Assembly (NCBI GenBank): GCA_964016885.1 | Contig: OZ024741.1 | Span: forward strand, 65,968,001 to 66,032,000 | Length of the DNA: 64,000 nt | Source of the DNA: Eledone cirrhosa | Lineage: Eukaryota | Reading direction: 5' to 3' | In this document: positions 27,941 through 40,622 of the stretch, in pieces | Layout of the letters: every line of letters begins with the position of its first letter | How positions within the stretch are numbered: position 1 is the first letter of the stretch | The notes under the pieces: model-generated | What the model was told of the DNA's origin: nothing | What the model saw: only the letters and a program-made list of their open reading frames with translations | Databases searched by the model: none | Made by a program: the position numbers and the translations under genes

Positions 27941-29957
27941 TAGGCGGGTCTTCTCTGTTACTGAGTACCGCCAAAGGTCACGGTCCAGTGACATTGTCTT
28001 GGAGAGGTGTAAGTGTGTGAGGTCGGAGTTTATCAGCTCATCCCAGGTTTTTCTAGGTCTGCCTATTCCGTGGCTACCGTCTATCTTTATTGCCCTGCAC
28101 TTTGTAATACAGCTATCGACTTTCATGCGCATCACGTGTCCATACCAACGCAGCCTTCTCTCGAGTAAACAACATCTGATCCCTCTTATCTCTAATTTTT
28201 TCCTTAGTTCGTTTATGCTTTGCCGTTCACGTATATTACTGTTACACATCCAGCGGAGCATGCAAGCTTCGTTCCTCTCTAGTCTGCGTATATCCTCTGC
28301 ACACAATGCCCAGGTCTCACTGCCATGCAACATTGCTGTTCGTATGCAGGCATCGTACAACCTGCCTTTCATTTTTAGGGAGAACCCTTTAGCAGCTAAT
28401 AGTGGTATAAGCTCTCTGAACTTTTTCCACCCAGTTCTGACTCTAGCTACTGTACTTTCAGAGCACCCTCCCCCACTGCTGATTTTATCGCCCAGGTAAC
28501 GGAAGCTGTCCACTATTTCTATAGAACCCTCTGCGCAATTGAAAGAGCTAGTATTTTGTGGGCACTTGCTGCTACTTATTGCACCAGAACACCGGCCACA
28601 TGTAAAGTCTATGTTCTTGTTCTTAGTTAGCTTACCTGTGATCCCACTACATCTTTTATGCACCCATACTTTGCATTTAGGACATAAGATGGAGTTTCTA
28701 CCTACGCCTTTCCTACATACCGAGCACGACCATTTCCCAGAAGGGACCGCCGCCTTGTTTTCTTTCCTACAAACTAGAACTTTGGTCTTAGCCAGGTTAA
28801 TTTTAAGTCCTTTTGACTCTAGGCCGTGCTTCCATGTTTGGAATTTCTTCTCTAGCTCGGCCATTGATTCCGCTATGAGTGTCAGGTCGTCTGCGTATAG
28901 GAGTTCCCATGGGCAGCCTGTCTTGAACTCCTCTGTTATAGCCTGAAGGGCAATAATAAATAGTAGGGGGCTGAGAACAGAGCCCTGATGGACGCCAACT
29001 TTTACGCTAAACTCTTCACTATATTCGTTGTTAATTCTAACCTTGCTGACTGTTTCTTTATACATGGCTTGTATAGCCCTCACAAGCCATTCGTCAACAC
29101 CTAGTTTTCTAAGAGCCCACCAGATAATGGAGCGGGGGACTCTGTCGAAGGCTTTCTCCAGGTCGACAAAAGCTAAGTAGAGGGGTTTACCTTTAGCTAG
29201 GTACTTCTCCTGTAGTTGTCGTACTATGAAAAGAGCGTCTGTGGTGCTTTTGCCTGACACAAACCCGAACTGCATTTCATCTAGATCAATTCTCTCTCTG
29301 ATTAGTTGCGCTATTACTTTTTCCGTGACCTTCATGACCTGGTCGATTAATTTAATGCCTCTATAGTTACTCCTATCTAGGGCGTCTCCTTTACCCTTAT
29401 AACAGTTAACGATGATGCTGCTATGCCAGTCCTTCGGAACAACCCCATTCTGTACGACTTGGTTAACTATGCGGGTGACCATGGTGTGTCCCACCGTGCC
29501 AGATGCCTTCAGCATCTCAGCAACTATTTCCGAAGGCCCAGCCGCCTTACCAGTCTTCATATCCTTGATTGCCTTACTTATTATACTCCCCTCGACTAAC
29601 ACTGCTGGTCCCTCTATCGGGTCGATATGGGGGAGACTGTCTTTCTCCCATTTATTCTCCTCATTTAGTAGCCTTTCATAGTGACACTTCCAAGCTACCT
29701 TCTTATCAGTGTCGGTGATGGCAAGTATGCCATCATCGTTAAGTACACACTTCTCCCCGACAATATCACGGTTTTCCTTGACGCATTGCCTGGCAATCCT
29801 GAACACCTCACGTTTTTGGTCATCGCGTTGTAGAACATGCTTGAACTTTCTTTCCTCAGCTTCCCTTCTTGCTAAGTACACTTCTCTCCTAGCTTCCCTC
29901 CTGGCCACTTGATAGTCTACTCTACTTACCCCATCCCGCCATACTTTCCAAGCCTGC
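27941..29957 (-). pseudogene. RTE LINE (subfamily 1) RT with PHD-like insertion; 5'-truncated, 3' UTR missing
   Basis: [61 protein letters not shown]. The last ~88 aa of the track ORF are antisense read-through. Confidence 0.93.
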
Positions 29958-30078
29958 TATGTATATATATATATTTGTGTATGTATATATATATGCTATG
30001 TATATATATATATATGTATATGTATATATATATGTATGTATAATATAAGATCAAAAGATGGTTAAAGGAGTTCAATAT

Positions 30079-30147
30079 ATTTTATTATGCGCATTTCAAA
30101 AACAAACATCATCAAACAATAATATTTGTGTTTTCATCAGATAAAAC
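30079..30147 (-). ncRNA. Type I hammerhead (family A, inverted arm)
   Basis: Reverse complement of 30564-30632. Confidence 0.8.
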
Positions 30148-30563
30148 AGGAGAACATGATATGAAGGCTAAAAAAAACACTTGTTGATAGTGCAGTTTTA
30201 AATCAACATATGAAAAGTGGTTTTAGATTGATGTGTGATATTGGGAAAAATATTTTATTATTATCCTCGCACATATCCTCCCTTCGTTAATTTTCAAAAT
30301 TTTTAATTTATACAGTATCTTCCAACGGTTTTCAACCCCTCTATATAAAATATATCTCCTCTCTGTTATAAAAACTATCTCTTTCTCTCTATCACCCATC
30401 TCTCCCTCTCATCTCCTTCCCTTTTCATCCTTTTCTCTCCCCCCCTCTCTAAATAAAATATTTTTCCCAATATCACACATCAATCTAAAACCACTTTTCA
30501 TATGTTGATTTAAAACTGCACTATCAACAAGTGTTTTTTTTAGCCTTCATATCATGTTCTCCT

Positions 30564-30632
30564 GTTTTATCTGATGAAAACACAAATATTATTGTTTGAT
30601 GATGTTTGTTTTTGAAATGCGCATAATAAAAT
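30564..30632 (+). ncRNA. Type I hammerhead (family A, 5' pLTR); predicted cleavage after 30625
   Basis: gttttat CTGATGA...t GAAA tgcgca TA ataaaat. Confidence 0.82.
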
Positions 30633-30837
30633 ATATTGAACTCCTTTAACCATCTTTTGATCTTATATTATGCATACTCCAGTCCCACAAACTGTAGAGT
30701 GCTTCTTATCCGATATCTGCATTGCTTTATTGTACTACAATAAAACTCACCTCCTACATTTACTTGCTCCTTAACGGTTGAGCGCTTACTCTCATATTGG
30801 ATACCTTTTGATGGTCCTTCACCTCTTCTTCTACAAC

Positions 30838-33240
30838 ATGGATTATTACAACATAACCAATTCTACTAAAGACATTCCTATACCTGGTAAATCTGAATTC
30901 ACCAAACTTCTTATTGAAAAAACTGACTCCTTCGTAAGAAGACTTAGATGGACAGCCTATTTCTATGACCAGCGCCTAAAAGGGAACTTTCATACCAAAG
31001 AACACAACTTCCTCGATCATCTTTTTAATTCCAGACGAAATCCTCCTTCCAACAAAAATCTAGCACAATTCGAGGAAGAATTAACTAAAATTATAAAAAA
31101 TCTTAAATTCAAGAGATACCCTTACAAAGGACAAGAGCACCTTGTAAATCTCAAGAACACAATCTCTAACCTAAATTCCTCAAAAAATGTTTTAGTCCAC
31201 TCTGACAAAACCAATAACCTATATGGTATTTCCAAGGATAATTATAACAACCTTATCCTAAAGGAACTTAGGAAAAAGTATCGTAAAACCAACCATGAAA
31301 ATTTAGAATGCATAAACCTTGAAGCCTATGAGATTATGTCAAAACTTGGCATTGAAAAAAAGACCGAACCATTCCTCCCAAGAACTCCGAGGATAAATCT
31401 CAAGGATCACAAAAACAATTTTCGCACTGAACTACCTGTTAGATTAATCGCCCCCTCTAAATCTGATCTGGGGGTTGTTAGTAAAGCCATCTTGGATAGG
31501 ATTATCCCACAGGTTAGTTCTAATTGCTCTTCTTTAAACCTAAATTTATGGTTTGGTACTTCTGAAGTGATTGGCTGGTTCAACAAATTGGATAATAAAA
31601 ACAAACTAAAATTTATTCAATTCGATATTGCCAGCTACTATTCCTCCATTTCGCCTTCACTTCTCAATAATGCTCTATCTTTCGCACTTAAATATTCTGA
31701 CATCACCACAGATGAACTTCACATCATCCTCACCGCACGTAAAACCATCCTAGAGTTCAACAACGAATATTGGACCAGAGCCGATACCTCTAACAACTTC
31801 GACATCACAATGGGAGCATCCGATTCATCCCAATTGACTGATTTAATTGGTATCTTCATTTTGAACTCTTTGAGTCGGAAAATTCCTCAACTTCGCGGTG
31901 GAATTTATCGTGACGATGGACTCTTTACTATCCTAAATTGCAATATAGTTAAACTTAATATTATTAAGAACAATATACGTAATCTCTTTAACCAACATAA
32001 CCTAAAAATTGAATTTGATAATAGTACCAAACTAGCTAATTTCTTGGATGTATCTCTTAATCTTGACACTGGCCTATATTACCCTTACCATAAAAACAAT
32101 GAGAATCTTAATTATGTTAACTTTAAATCTAACCATCCTACCAATATCAAGAATGCTATAGTTAATAATATTGGAAATAGAATATCTAACATATCTTCTA
32201 ATAAAAACATCTTTGATGCTAACGCCAATTACTATAATAACGCACTTTCTAAAGCCGGCTATCCAGATAAAATCAAATATAATAAAGAAACAAATTCTAG
32301 GAAAACTTACAGTAGAATATTTAATCATAACCATTCCAATAATTTTAATAAAAGACCTAGATACAAAAACATAATCTGGTATAATGCTCCTTTCTCCATC
32401 TCTATTAATAACAATATTCCTAAATTATTTTTTAGTGCCTTAAATAAATGCTTCCCTCCCTCACATATCTATAGTAAAATATTTAACAAACACACCATTA
32501 AATTTTCGTATTCTACATCCTCCAATATTTCCAACATCATTTCTAAACACAACAACAAAATATTAAATACTAAATCTCTTCCTTCCAATATTGAATCTCA
32601 TAATAACAATAATAGTACTCCTGACGTCATTGTAAACCCTAGGCTAACTTCTGTAAACCCAAATGCAACGTCAAACACAACTTCGCTAAATGTTCATAAT
32701 CCAACTCTAAATCAAGAAACTATTATTCCTATTATTCCTATCGCAAACAACTTCTCCAATCCAATTCCTTCTATAGATAACACTAGATCACTCATTAATA
32801 ATCTCTCTAATTGCAACTGCCGCATTAAAAATAAATGTCCTCTCAACAACCATTGCCTCGATAAAAACTTAATTTATGAATGTAAAATTATAACTAGCAC
32901 CAACTCCTTCACCTATTTTGGCTCCACTTCCACCTCTTTTAAAGCTCGTCTCTATAATCATCATTCATCTTTCAAATACAAACTTAAAAGAACTAACACT
33001 GCTCTCTCAGAACTCATATGGTCCTTAAAAGACAAAAACATTAAATATAACATCTTTTGGAAAAAGATTTCTTCTGCATCCTCGTACTTGAACAGTTCTC
33101 TATCTAAAATCTGTAATCTCTGCCTAAATGAAAAATTTACCATTATCTCTAACCTAGAATCCATAATAAATAGACGCTCGGATTTGTTTTCCATCTGCCT
33201 GCATAAATTCCATAGAACTTTTCACAAAGTATACAGTTAA
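30838..33240 (+). CDS. PLE polyprotein RT + GIY-YIG (Hydra-clade-like), ~800 aa
   Basis: Intact ORF of the same length as, and highly similar to, 12656-15058; YRDD, CxCx5C linker, LIY..YFG..R..H, CNLC. Confidence 0.94.
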   Translation: MDYYNITNSTKDIPIPGKSEFTKLLIEKTDSFVRRLRWTAYFYDQRLKGNFHTKEHNFLDHLFNSRRNPPSNKNLAQFEEELTKIIKNLKFKRYPYKGQEHLVNLKNTISNLNSSKNVLVHSDKTNNLYGISKDNYNNLILKELRKKYRKTNHENLECINLEAYEIMSKLGIEKKTEPFLPRTPRINLKDHKNNFRTELPVRLIAPSKSDLGVVSKAILDRIIPQVSSNCSSLNLNLWFGTSEVIGWFNKLDNKNKLKFIQFDIASYYSSISPSLLNNALSFALKYSDITTDELHIILTARKTILEFNNEYWTRADTSNNFDITMGASDSSQLTDLIGIFILNSLSRKIPQLRGGIYRDDGLFTILNCNIVKLNIIKNNIRNLFNQHNLKIEFDNSTKLANFLDVSLNLDTGLYYPYHKNNENLNYVNFKSNHPTNIKNAIVNNIGNRISNISSNKNIFDANANYYNNALSKAGYPDKIKYNKETNSRKTYSRIFNHNHSNNFNKRPRYKNIIWYNAPFSISINNNIPKLFFSALNKCFPPSHIYSKIFNKHTIKFSYSTSSNISNIISKHNNKILNTKSLPSNIESHNNNNSTPDVIVNPRLTSVNPNATSNTTSLNVHNPTLNQETIIPIIPIANNFSNPIPSIDNTRSLINNLSNCNCRIKNKCPLNNHCLDKNLIYECKIITSTNSFTYFGSTSTSFKARLYNHHSSFKYKLKRTNTALSELIWSLKDKNIKYNIFWKKISSASSYLNSSLSKICNLCLNEKFTIISNLESIINRRSDLFSICLHKFHRTFHKVYS

Positions 33241-34473
33241 TATTCAATTCTTTATCAATTTAGAATCTTTTCTCAAAGGCACATATACATACACCTCTTT
33301 AAAATATACCCATCTACCTTACTTTAAAGGGCATTATACACTCTATAGTACTCGTTTACTCATTTACCTCATCCTATCTTCTCGTAAAACAATAACATTT
33401 GTTTTTGACATTTTGAATATTCATCCGCAATCATTATTATTTTTTTTTTTTTCCCTCTATCATAAATCTTTTTAATCTCAATTTCATCCTTAATTTATTA
33501 TTATATATTTTTTTTAATATATACTCATATATTCTTTAAAATATACCCATCTACCTTACTTTAAAGGGCATTATACACTCTATAATACCCGTTTACTCAT
33601 CACCCTCATTATATCTCCTCGTAAATAACATTTGTTTTTGACATTTTGAGTATTCATCCGCAATCATTATTATTTTTTCTCTCTATCATAAATCTTTTTA
33701 ATCTCAATTTCATCCTTAATTTATTATTATTTTTTTCTCCCCATCAACGAACTCATTATTAATACATATGAATTCAATATAAAAACTCTAACTTCACATT
33801 ATTTTTCTCAAATCCTATACATAAACTTTTTCTCTTTGCTAATTTTAAAATTCCTACATTTCTCCTTTTGAATATTCACCCACAATTATTATTTTTTTTC
33901 TCTCTATCTCCATACATAATCTCCCTTCGTTATTTTTTTCTCTCTATCTCCATACATAATTTCCCTTCGTTAATTTTCAAATTCCTTTAATTTATACATT
34001 ATCTTCCAACGGTTCCCAACCTCTCTATATTAAAACATTATATCTTTTTCTCAGTTATAAAAACTATCTCTTTCTCTCTATCACCCATCTCTCCCTTTCC
34101 ACCTTCACTCTCATCTCCTCCCCTTTTTTTCATCCTTTCCACCCCCACCCCTCCCTAAATATAATATATTTTTTCCTCGCACATATCCTCCCTTCGTTAA
34201 TTTTCAAAATTTTTAATTTATACAGTATCTTCCAACGGTTTTCAACCCCTCTATATAAAATATATCTCCTCTCTGTTATAAAAACTATCTCTTTCTCTCT
34301 ATCACCCATCTCTCCCTCTCATCTCCTTCCCTTTTCATCCTTTTCTCTCCCCCCCTCTCTAAATAAAATATTTTTCCCAATATCACACATCAATCTAAAA
34401 CCACTTTTCATATGTTGATTTAAAACTGCACTATCAACAAGTGTTTTTTTTAGCCTTCATATCATGTTCTCCT

Positions 34474-34542
34474 GTTTTATCTGATGAAAACACAAATATT
34501 ATTGTTTGATGATGTTTGTTTTTGAAATGCGCATAATAAAAT
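34474..34542 (+). ncRNA. Type I hammerhead (family A, 3' pLTR); predicted cleavage after 34535
   Basis: Identical to 30564-30632. Confidence 0.82.
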
Positions 34543-34781
34543 ATATTGAACTCCTTTAACCATCTTTTGATCTTATATTATGCATACTCCAGTCCCACAA
34601 ACTGTAGAGTGCTTCTTATCCGATATCTGCATTGCTTTATTGTACTACAATAAAACTCACCTCCTACATATATATGTATGTATATATATGTATATATATA
34701 TGTATATATATATATGTATGTATATATATATATGTATGTATATATAGGTATGTATATATATATATGTGTATGTATATATAT

Positions 34782-34821
<40 letters not shown>

Positions 34822-34826
34822 GTTTG

Positions 34827-34865
<39 letters not shown>

Positions 34866-34876
34866 ATATATATATG

Positions 34877-34922
<46 letters not shown>

Positions 34923-34958
34923 TATATATATGTATATATATGTATGTATATATATGTG

Positions 34959-35045
<87 letters not shown>

Positions 35046-35358
35046 GTATGTATATATATATATATATATATATGTGTATGTATATATATGTATGTATGTA
35101 TATATATGTATGTATGTATATATATATGTATGTATGTATATATATGTATGTATGTATGTATGTATATGTATGTATGTATATATATGTATGTATGTATGTA
35201 TGTATATATATGTATGTATGTATATATATATATGTATGTATATATATGTAAGTATATATGTATATGTATGTATGTATGTATATATATGTAAGTATATATG
35301 TATATATATGTATGTATATGTATGTATGTATATATATGTATATATATATATATATACA

Positions 35359-35419
<61 letters not shown>

Positions 35420-35454
35420 TTACATATATATACATACATACATATACATATATA

Positions 35455-36049
35455 TCCCAGTATCTATACCCCATTGTATCCCAGTACAACCTGTCTCATG
35501 GTCGGGTCGTTGGCGACTAAACTGGTAACCCACCAAGGTTTCTTGGTGAGGAGGGTGACTTTGGACATCCTGCAAGACTAAAAACAAAACCTGTCAAAGG
35601 GCAAAGGCGCTCTTAAGAGTCAATGGCCATCCAAAATCACCGGGAGAGATGACCCCTTAGCCTTTGTCAAGGCAGAATTCTAGGAGAAGGAAAACTCTAA
35701 TATAACACCTGCAACCCTGATGGTATCCAATGATGTTGACTCGTTCTTCTTTTTGGTAAATATCATCTTGGTTAAGAGAGTGGGACTGGCTTTGTGCAGT
35801 GCTTTGCTCACTATAAAAGCTTCACGGCACAGGCATTGCTTTATATCTGGAGATCTCTCTGCCCTTGTCATCACATGGTACCATGGCCCCAGCACTATGT
35901 GTCAATAATTGTCACAAGTGTAGTGTTTGTACCAGAGTTTTCAAGTCACTGGCTGGACTAAAAAGTCACACTCGTTCAGCGCATCGTTAGGGGTTCTCCT
36001 ACATGGATATAAAGTAGTGGCCGTACTCGAAAACGAGTTGGCAGCCACC
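35455..36049 (+). mobile_element. Internally deleted RTE-like derivative (5'-UTR-like part + C2H2 finger 3' end) in (TA)n
   Basis: 35913-35990 translates [25 protein letters not shown]; ctaggagaaggaaaactct resembles RTE 5' UTRs. Confidence 0.55.
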
Positions 36050-36072
36050 ATATATATATATATGTATTTATG

Positions 36073-36124
<52 letters not shown>

Positions 36125-36165
36125 TGTATGTATATATATATATGTATATATATATATGTATGTAC

Positions 36166-36217
<52 letters not shown>

Positions 36218-36228
36218 GTATATATATG

Positions 36229-36329
<101 letters not shown>

Positions 36330-36408
36330 GTATGTGTATATATGTATGTGTATATATGTATGTATATATATGTATATGTATATATATGTATGTGTATATA
36401 TATGTATG

Positions 36409-36447
<39 letters not shown>

Positions 36448-36522
36448 GTATATATATGTATATGTATATATATGTATATATACGTATGTATATATATATA
36501 TGTATGTATATATATTTGTATG

Positions 36523-36606
<84 letters not shown>

Positions 36607-36677
36607 TATGTATATATATATTTTATATATATATATGTATATATATATTTTATATATATATATATGTATATATATAT

Positions 36678-38363
36678 CTTTTCATTGTACGACAACTACA
36701 GGAGAAGTACCTAGCTAAAAGTAAACCCCTATACTTAGCTTTCGTCGACTTGGAGAAGGCCTTCGACAGAGTCCCCCGTTCCATTATCTGGTGGGCTCTT
36801 AGAAAACTAGGTGTTGATGAATGGCTTGTGAGAGCTATACAAGCCATGTATAAAGAAACAGTCAGCAAGGTTAGAATTAACAACGAATATAGTGAAGAGT
36901 TTAGTGTAAAAGTTGGTGTTCATCAGGGATCTGTTCTTAGCCCCCTACTATTTATTATTGCCCTTCAGGCTATAACAGTGGAGTTCAAGACCGGCTGGCC
37001 ATGGGAACTCCTAGACGCAGATGATCTAACGCTCATAGCTGAATCAATGGCCGAGCTAGAGAAGAAATTCCAAACATGGAAGCACGGCCTAGAATCAAAA
37101 GGCCTTAAAATTAACCTTGCTAAGACTAAAGTTCTAGTTTGTAAGAAAGAAAATAAGGCGGCGGTCCCCTCCGGGAAGTGGCCATGCGCAGAGTGTAGGA
37201 AAGGCGTAGGTAGAAACTCCATTTTGTGTCCCAAATGCAAAGTTTGGGTGCATAAAAGATGTAGTGGTATCACAGGTAAGCTAACTAAGAACATAGATTT
37301 TACATGTGGCCGGTGTTCCGGCGCAATAAGTAGCAGCAAGTGCCCACAAAATACTAGCTCTTTCAGCTGCGCAGAGGGTTCTATAGAAATAGTGGACAGC
37401 TTCCGTTACCTGGGTGACAAAATCAGCAGTGGGGGAGGGTGCTCTGAAAGTACAGTAGCTAGAGTCAGAACTGGGTGGAAAGTTCAGAGAGCTTATACCA
37501 CTATTAGCCGCTAAAGGGTTCTCCCTAAAAATGAAAGGCAGGTTGTACAATGCCTGCATACGAACAGCAATGTTGCATGGCAGTGAGACCTGGGCATTGT
37601 GTGCAGAAGATATACGCAGACTAGAGAGAAACGAAGCTTGCATGCTCCGCTGGATGTGTAATAGTAATATACGTGAACGACAAAGCATAAACGAACTAAG
37701 GAAAAAATTAGAAATAAGAGGGATCAGATGTTGTTTACTTGAGAGAAGGCTACGTTGGTATGGTCAAGTAATGCGCATGAAGGACGATAGCTGTATAACA
37801 AAGTGCAGGGCAATAAAGATAGACGGTAGCCACGGAATAGGCAGACCCAGAAAAACCTGGGACGAGCTGATAAACTCCGACCTCACACACTTACACCTCA
37901 CCAAGACAATGTCACTGGACCGAGACCTTTGGCGGTACTCAGTAATAGAGAAGACCCGCCTTACCTAAATACATAGTAAAACCTACTACAGCCAGTAGGC
38001 ATCTCTAACAAAATACACCCCGTCCCACCACCCACACCCCATCCACACCACCCCCTCCTATGTAAAGTTATGTTGGTGCCACAACATCCAGGCTGAAACA
38101 AATGAGATCGTGTAGGTGTCACGACAAAAAAACACACAGTCCACGCTGTAATGTGGCCGTGTAGGCAACACGGTAAAAACCTCCCAGTCCCACACTGTAA
38201 ATGTGGTTGGTGTTAGGAAGGGCATCCAACTGTAGAAAACCTGCCAGACAGTCCTATGCGAGCAAGACAATCACTCTTGCCTCAAGTGGGAATACCCCCG
38301 TCCAAACCCATACAAGCGTGGAACACGGACGTTAAACGTTGATGATGATGATGATGATGATGA
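36678..38363 (+). pseudogene. RTE LINE (subfamily 1), 5'-truncated, with 3' UTR and (GAT)n tail
   Basis: RT motifs with YADD changed to DADD, frameshift near 37480, stop at 37968, tail ggacgttaaacgtt(gat)n. Confidence 0.92.
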
Positions 38364-38376
38364 TATATGTATGTAC

Positions 38377-38422
<46 letters not shown>

Positions 38423-38493
38423 GTATATATATGTATATATATGTATGTATGTATATATATGTATATATATGTATGTATATATATATGTATATG

Positions 38494-38546
<53 letters not shown>

Positions 38547-38713
38547 GTATATATATGTACGTATATATATATATATGCATGTATATATATATATATGTAT
38601 ATATATATATGTATATATATATATATGTGTATATATATATGTATATATGTATATATATGTGTATATATATATCTATATATGTATATATATATGTATATGT
38701 ATATATATATATG

Positions 38714-38745
<32 letters not shown>

Positions 38746-38797
38746 TGTATATATATATATGTATGTATATATATATGTATGTATATATATATGTATG

Positions 38798-38837
<40 letters not shown>

Positions 38838-38847
38838 TATGTATGTA

Positions 38848-39181
38848 TGGACAACGTTTTATAGTAAAACACAATTTCACATGTGCATCGGAAAATCTAA
38901 TATATGTATTAACTTGTTCAGGTTGTCGAGAACAATACATAGGCCAGACCAAAAACAGCCTTCGCCAACGCATGACTGTCCATAGATCCCAAATCAAAAT
39001 ACGGGAATACAGGAAAATACCACTGAGTGAACACATTGATACCTGCGCCGCCCAAAATCATCCCAACTTCAGAATCTTTCCCCTCTACAAATTTAAAGAT
39101 AATGCCACCCACACCCAGCGCATCAGCAAGGAATCTTACTTCATTAACAAATACGGACCCCGTCTAAACACTTCTCCCTAA
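38848..39181 (+). pseudogene. GIY-YIG endonuclease fragment of a Neptune-like PLE (3' UTR probably extends to ~40278)
   Basis: [36 protein letters not shown]...LSEH..C...R..KE..FI...PRLN. Confidence 0.85.
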
Positions 39182-39327
39182 GACAAACCCACAATATACA
39201 CACGTCAACATACATACCTACATCAGCACACATCTCTACCCACATATAAACACAATGACATACGTAAACACACATGCTCTATGGTGCAACACAAAAAGAT
39301 ATATGTGCATATATATATGTGTGTATA

Positions 39328-39389
<62 letters not shown>

Positions 39390-39751
39390 ATATATGTGTG
39401 TGTGTATATATATATATAGTGAATATCATTTCACACCTTTTATTGTTAAGATTTTTGATGTTCTATTAAGAGAACCGATTTTACTGAAAAAATCCAATAA
39501 TGTACACCATTTTACCAGGGGGAAAAAAATACTGGTCCACCCACACACACACACACACACACACATATATACACACACACATACACACGCGTACATCAAC
39601 ATACAAAGAGACTTATATATACACACCACACACGCACGCACTTCTCCGTATAAGACAAAAGCTGAAAAATATCTTTTGACATGCTAAAACACCCCCCATT
39701 GCTCTCAGACACATTCTTACTGACCATCCCTGCCACCAGGAATTACTCTGC

Positions 39752-39816
<65 letters not shown>

Positions 39817-39841
39817 TTGTTGTGAAAGAGTCATTTCTCAA

Positions 39842-40059
39842 TCTTGGCGCAAAACCAATTTTTTATTCACATGACCTCTACCGACCAATCAAAATTGTTT
39901 TGACCACAAGAATTTTTGCTGGAGCCACTTTTTTAACATAAAAACAGTCTTGGCGCAAAATCAATTTTTTACAATCACATGACCTCTACCGACCAATCAA
40001 AATTGTTTTGACCACAAGAATTTTTGCAAATTGGAGCCACTTTTTTAACATAAAAACAG
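39842..40059. repeat. Tandem duplication of ~107 bp
   Basis: tcttggcgcaaaa...gacctctaccgaccaatcaaaattg...taacataaaaacag occurs twice. Confidence 0.85.
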
Positions 40060-40300
40060 GTAGAATTCCCAAAACTAATCAGATCAGAGCAAACAGCACG
40101 GACACTCTATCTCAAAATTATTTTTGAAAAGCATTTAGAAATGCGCAACCGGTAAAAACTTAAAAACTTAAAACCACAACTGAATACTAACCCATACAAT
40201 CACTAATACTCTTTTATTCCTAATTAAACCATTTTTCAACTGTGAACAATTTGTCAGCATTTTCTATTCCGTTTACCAATATATATATATGTATATATAA

Positions 40301-40332
<32 letters not shown>

Positions 40333-40333
40333 G

Positions 40334-40364
<31 letters not shown>

Positions 40365-40405
40365 GTATATATATATGTATATATATATATATGTATATAT
40401 ATATA

Positions 40406-40573
40406 TGTAGGAGGTGAGTTTTATTGTAGTACAATAAAGCAATGCAGATATCGGATAAGAAGCACTCTACAGTTTGTAGGACTGGAGTATACATAATATA
40501 TAAGAACAAAAGATGGTTAAAAGAGTTCCATACATGGAACTCTTTTAACCATCTTTTGTTCTTATATATTATG

Positions 40574-40577
<4 letters not shown>
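40406..40577. mobile_element. Family A minimal two-armed (hairpin) insertion
   Basis: Left arm (minus) ends ctcctaca; right arm (plus) ends gttcttatatattatgtata; arms meet at ~40531. Confidence 0.88.

Positions 40578-40622
<45 letters not shown>

Larger units (their letters stand above)
30041..34668 (+). mobile_element. PLE family A full-length partial-tandem copy: inverted arm 30041-30259, 5' pLTR 30264-30758, ORF, 3' pLTR 34174-34668
   Basis: 495-bp direct repeats 3910 bp apart; three HHR copies; TA tracts on both sides. Confidence 0.96.

Noticed and set aside
27663-28499. 278-aa plus ORF and the C-terminal 88 aa of the 743-aa minus ORF
   Set aside because: Chimeric read-through across the RTE inversion junction at ~27940.
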